Positions 60,901-64,000 of a stretch of 64,000 nucleotides of DNA are shown in pieces (position 1 is the stretch's first letter; each line of letters begins with the position of its first letter). Origin of the DNA: Podarcis pityusensis (taxonomy: Eukaryota). The notes beneath the pieces are model-generated. The model did no database searches, had not been told where the DNA came from, and saw only the letters and a list, made by a program, of their open reading frames with translations. The stretch is taken from assembly GCA_964106645.2 (NCBI GenBank), contig OZ067045.1; one strand, given 5' to 3'. Made by a program: the position numbers and the translations under genes.

Positions 60901-63284
60901 ATTTTTTGCAAATAAATTTCCTGAACATGTAACGCCAATTTTCAGTGAGACTGAAATACCCAAATAAATAATGATAAGGTTTTGCACACCCCTGCAAATG
61001 CCCAACAAAAATACCACAGAAGACTATCGATGACTGCATGTCAGTAAGATGAGCAAGGAGAAGAAAGGTCCATTTGTCACCTGAAAAAGTTCTACCAGAT
61101 GACTCACTATGCATGCAACCCCAACAGAGAAGTGGGGGAAAGATTTCTTCAATATCATAAAGGACTTATGCCACATCTTACAAGATGACTGTAACATGAT
61201 TGTTGTTCTCCCCGGACTATCGGTATTGGAGATCTTCTGTCAGCTCACCCAAGGGGTCTTGAAGAAGCAAGGTAGTCAGTACATCAATAAAATCTTCAGT
61301 TCCCTTCACTTGATTACATATTGTACATCCATACAAAAATTGGAAGTATATGGGACAGAATTATCTGGGAAAGGATACTACCTCCCCAGCTTCCAGGTTT
61401 AGGGCAATAAAGTATGGGCAGAGTGAAACAGGTGCTTCACATTAGAGGGTTGTCAAAACAAAGATGGGGAAGCTGTTTTTGTTGCAGTCTGCATTTTCAT
61501 TTGATCTCAGTCCTAGTACATACCCATATGTTATCAAGCTCTGGCAACCTGCAGTGCATCAGTTCTATACCAGCAGAGAAACACCACTTTTCCAGAAAGC
61601 CTTGCCAGGCCACTGCCCTTCATTACCATTCCATTACCAAACAACTTTTTCATGCTTCTGAAGGGCAGAAACATTTGATGGGAGTCACCTGCAGAGCTCC
61701 CAGTCTGGGAGAGTGCTGGGGATGTGGAGAGCCTGCCGGACTTCATCCTGGTTCAGCCACACATACATAGCGGTGGCATTTATACAATGTGGCACTCCTG
61801 GGATGGAGCCAATTTTCTGAAAGTGAAAGCAAGAAGAAGGCAAGATGAGGTTGAATTCTTCTGGGGAAAGCTGGTGCAAGATACCAGCACCTTGCTTTGC
61901 CATACCTAAGCCTGATTCAGCAAGTGGCCCATAGTTCATTTATAAATGGATGAATCATGCCTTCCCAGCATAAACTTTTGGGAATAAATTTCCATACTGA
62001 ATATTAATGCTTAAGAAAATGGGTTTTTTTGTGTTTTTTTTAAGTTTGCCAAATTCACAGAATCGCTAGAGCCACCTGAGTGATGTAAATTTGATGAAGA
62101 TAGCCGAGCAACTCACTGGCACTGGAACATCAAACTGGTAGTGGTGGAAGAGGCTCGACAGATCGGCTTCATAACGCTCCTGGTAGTGTGCTCCTCCCCA
62201 GCAAGATGCGTAGAGGTTGTACACGTTGAGGCCAATTCCATAAAGAATTCCATAGGCTTGTGATATCTTGAGGATGGAAACAGGGAAGAAGAGGATAGAA
62301 GAGTTAGCTACGCTCTGGGTTTATGTGCAGAAAGAGGAGAAAGGAAACAGATGTGTGGAATTCGGTAATATTTATAGCCTTCGAGGGTCATCAGTTTATT
62401 TTTATGGGTTTATTATCAAATTTATATCTTGCTCTTCTGCCCAAAGGAGCCCAGGGCAGCTAACAACAAAGCGATAAAACATATTCCAAAATCTTAAAAA
62501 CAATTCCAATACAGATGCAGACTGGGGTGAAGATAGCCACTGAAAAGACAAGAGATTGCAGCTGTGTAATATTCAAGGGGAGGGGATTCCCAAGGGTAGG
62601 TGCCCCAACACTAAGGACCTGATTACTACATTGTACAGAATAGACCTCGTTATAAGATGGTACTTGCAGGCAGCCTTCACCTACAGAGCACTGTGATCAA
62701 CTGAATATATAAGGGATGGGATTATCAGGAATCCTAGTTCCAAGGTGCATAGGGATTTATGCACCAAAACCAGCACATTGAACTTAACCCAGTAACTGAT
62801 TAGCACCCATTGCAATTATTTCAACGGTGTGGTAACATGTTGGCAATATCCTAATGCTGTTCAGAGAATTTGGTGTAGTAGGTGCTATGGGCACAAAATA
62901 GGGCAAAGACATTTCCAGAAGACTTTACTAAACCCATAATCTACCAGTTCAGGCCAAAACACATTATTGCATAACAGTTAGAACATTCTAGTTTGTGGCC
63001 AGGTGCAAATGGAGTTTGCAAAGTGCACACTACATGAGTTAGTATCAAGGATTTTCAGACCAGCCACTCACTGCTGTGATACAATCACTGTTCATGTTGC
63101 TGGAGAAGTTGCAAGTTCCTTCATCACAGCAGTTTTCGTTCAAGGAGGCCCACAAGCTGTAAGGCAGGAGAGAAGGAGGTGGAGTGTCAGGTAGAGGGAA
63201 GCTTATTCATTTTTATTCAATCATTAAATTTGTATACCACCCTTCACTCCAAGATCACAGGGTGGTTCACAACTTAGAAGCACA

Positions 63285-63328
<44 letters not shown>

Positions 63329-63916
63329 ACGCACACACACCGGCTCCCCTGCCCAACAAAGGAGAACAGATTGTTCAAACAACGTTGACAGGTATCTGTC
63401 CTGTGTTCCTTGGAGATGTCAACAACCTCCCTGACTATTCTGCCTACAGTTTGTGCAAGTTAAGCTTTCCTTTCTGTCCTCTCTTCAGTGGAGATAATTG
63501 CTAATTTTATTCACTGAAGGAAGGACAGGAAACAATGGCTTCCCCTTATTTAGCACACCTTTGACTCACTTGCCGTCCAACCACCTTGCTTGCCAGTTTC
63601 TTGTTTCTGATGTACTCAGTGATACATAATAAGGGCAAGACACTTTACTACAGTCTGCACTCTCCTTTTTTGCTTCTGATTTGATCTGGCAAATAGAGAA
63701 GGCGGGGACAATTCTTTTAGAGGCCAGGTGTGAACTTGGAGCTACCAGTTGTTGACTTGTATGGTGGGAGATTTACCTGTGGCCACTTGCTGACCTAACT
63801 CCCCTTGTCCTCTTCTGTACTCACTCATCTCCAAACACTCCATGGTAGTAGGCAAATTCCATCAGTGTCTCGTCATTGAGGAAATAGCTCAGCATGCCAT
63901 TGCCAACTCCAAATCC
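57870..63916 (-). CDS. Cathepsin A-like (lysosomal protective protein-like) S10 serine carboxypeptidase, 3' seven exons; 5' exons beyond window
   Basis: Exons splice in frame; motifs [25 protein letters not shown] (catalytic Asp), GAGHMVP (catalytic His), then TGA. Confidence 0.93.
59618..59707 (-). CDS. Cathepsin A-like exon
   Basis: VLNDYQPWYFNDQIAGFFKEYEKITFLTVK, 90 nt. Confidence 0.92.
60052..60214 (-). CDS. Cathepsin A-like exon
   Basis: TQVSSHYQRVYRDM...[24 protein letters not shown], 163 nt. Confidence 0.92.
61689..61816 (-). CDS. Cathepsin A-like exon
   Basis: KIGSIPGVPHCINATAMYVWLNQDEVRQALHIPSTLPDWELC, 128 nt. Confidence 0.92.
62117..62266 (-). CDS. Cathepsin A-like exon
   Basis: [25 protein letters not shown]...QFDVPVP, 150 nt. 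Confidence 0.92.
63072..63156 (-). CDS. Cathepsin A-like exon
   Basis: LWASLNENCCDEGTCNFSSNMNSDCITA, 85 nt. Confidence 0.92.
63287..63326. repeat. (GT)n microsatellite
   Basis: Direct read. Confidence 0.95.
63825..63916 (-). CDS. Cathepsin A-like exon
   Basis: GFGVGNGMLSYFLNDETLMEFAYYHGVFGD, 92 nt. Confidence 0.92.
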
Positions 63917-64000
63917 CTGAGGAATCAGATAACAAAAGATCATGCCAAGAAAGGAGGAGTTGTATGAAATTGGACGATGGGATAGTTAGTTGAAAGGCTA

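Noticed and set aside
1-64000. CRISPR arrays, tRNA or rRNA genes, prokaryotic systems
   Set aside because: None seen; tRNA-like boxes belong to SINE heads and the DNA is vertebrate intron-exon sequence.

Overview
Vertebrate genomic DNA from a squamate, probably a lacertid lizard (Sauria-type SINEs, hAT and Tc1/mariner MITEs, CR1 and L2 relics). Most of the window (about 440-54760, minus strand) is CNOT1, the CCR4-NOT scaffold. Visible parts are non-coding exon 1 in a CpG-island promoter, exon 2 (its start codon falls in a 204-N gap) and coding exons 3-45, all spliced in frame; the last exons lie left of position 1. Intron 17 hosts an intact H/ACA snoRNA, SNORA50. Upstream on the same strand (57870-63916) is the 3' half of a cathepsin A-like S10 serine carboxypeptidase gene that looks like a paralog rather than CTSA itself. 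Main observations: a decayed copy of this gene's last exon and intron inside CNOT1 intron 2; a strong-Kozak uORF in the CNOT1 5'UTR; two GC-AG introns; several candidate alternative or poison micro-exons; and an unassigned H/ACA-like RNA in intron 25. Exon numbering and human comparisons are from memory of the human genes, not from a search. I found no convincing evidence of a wholly new biological system.
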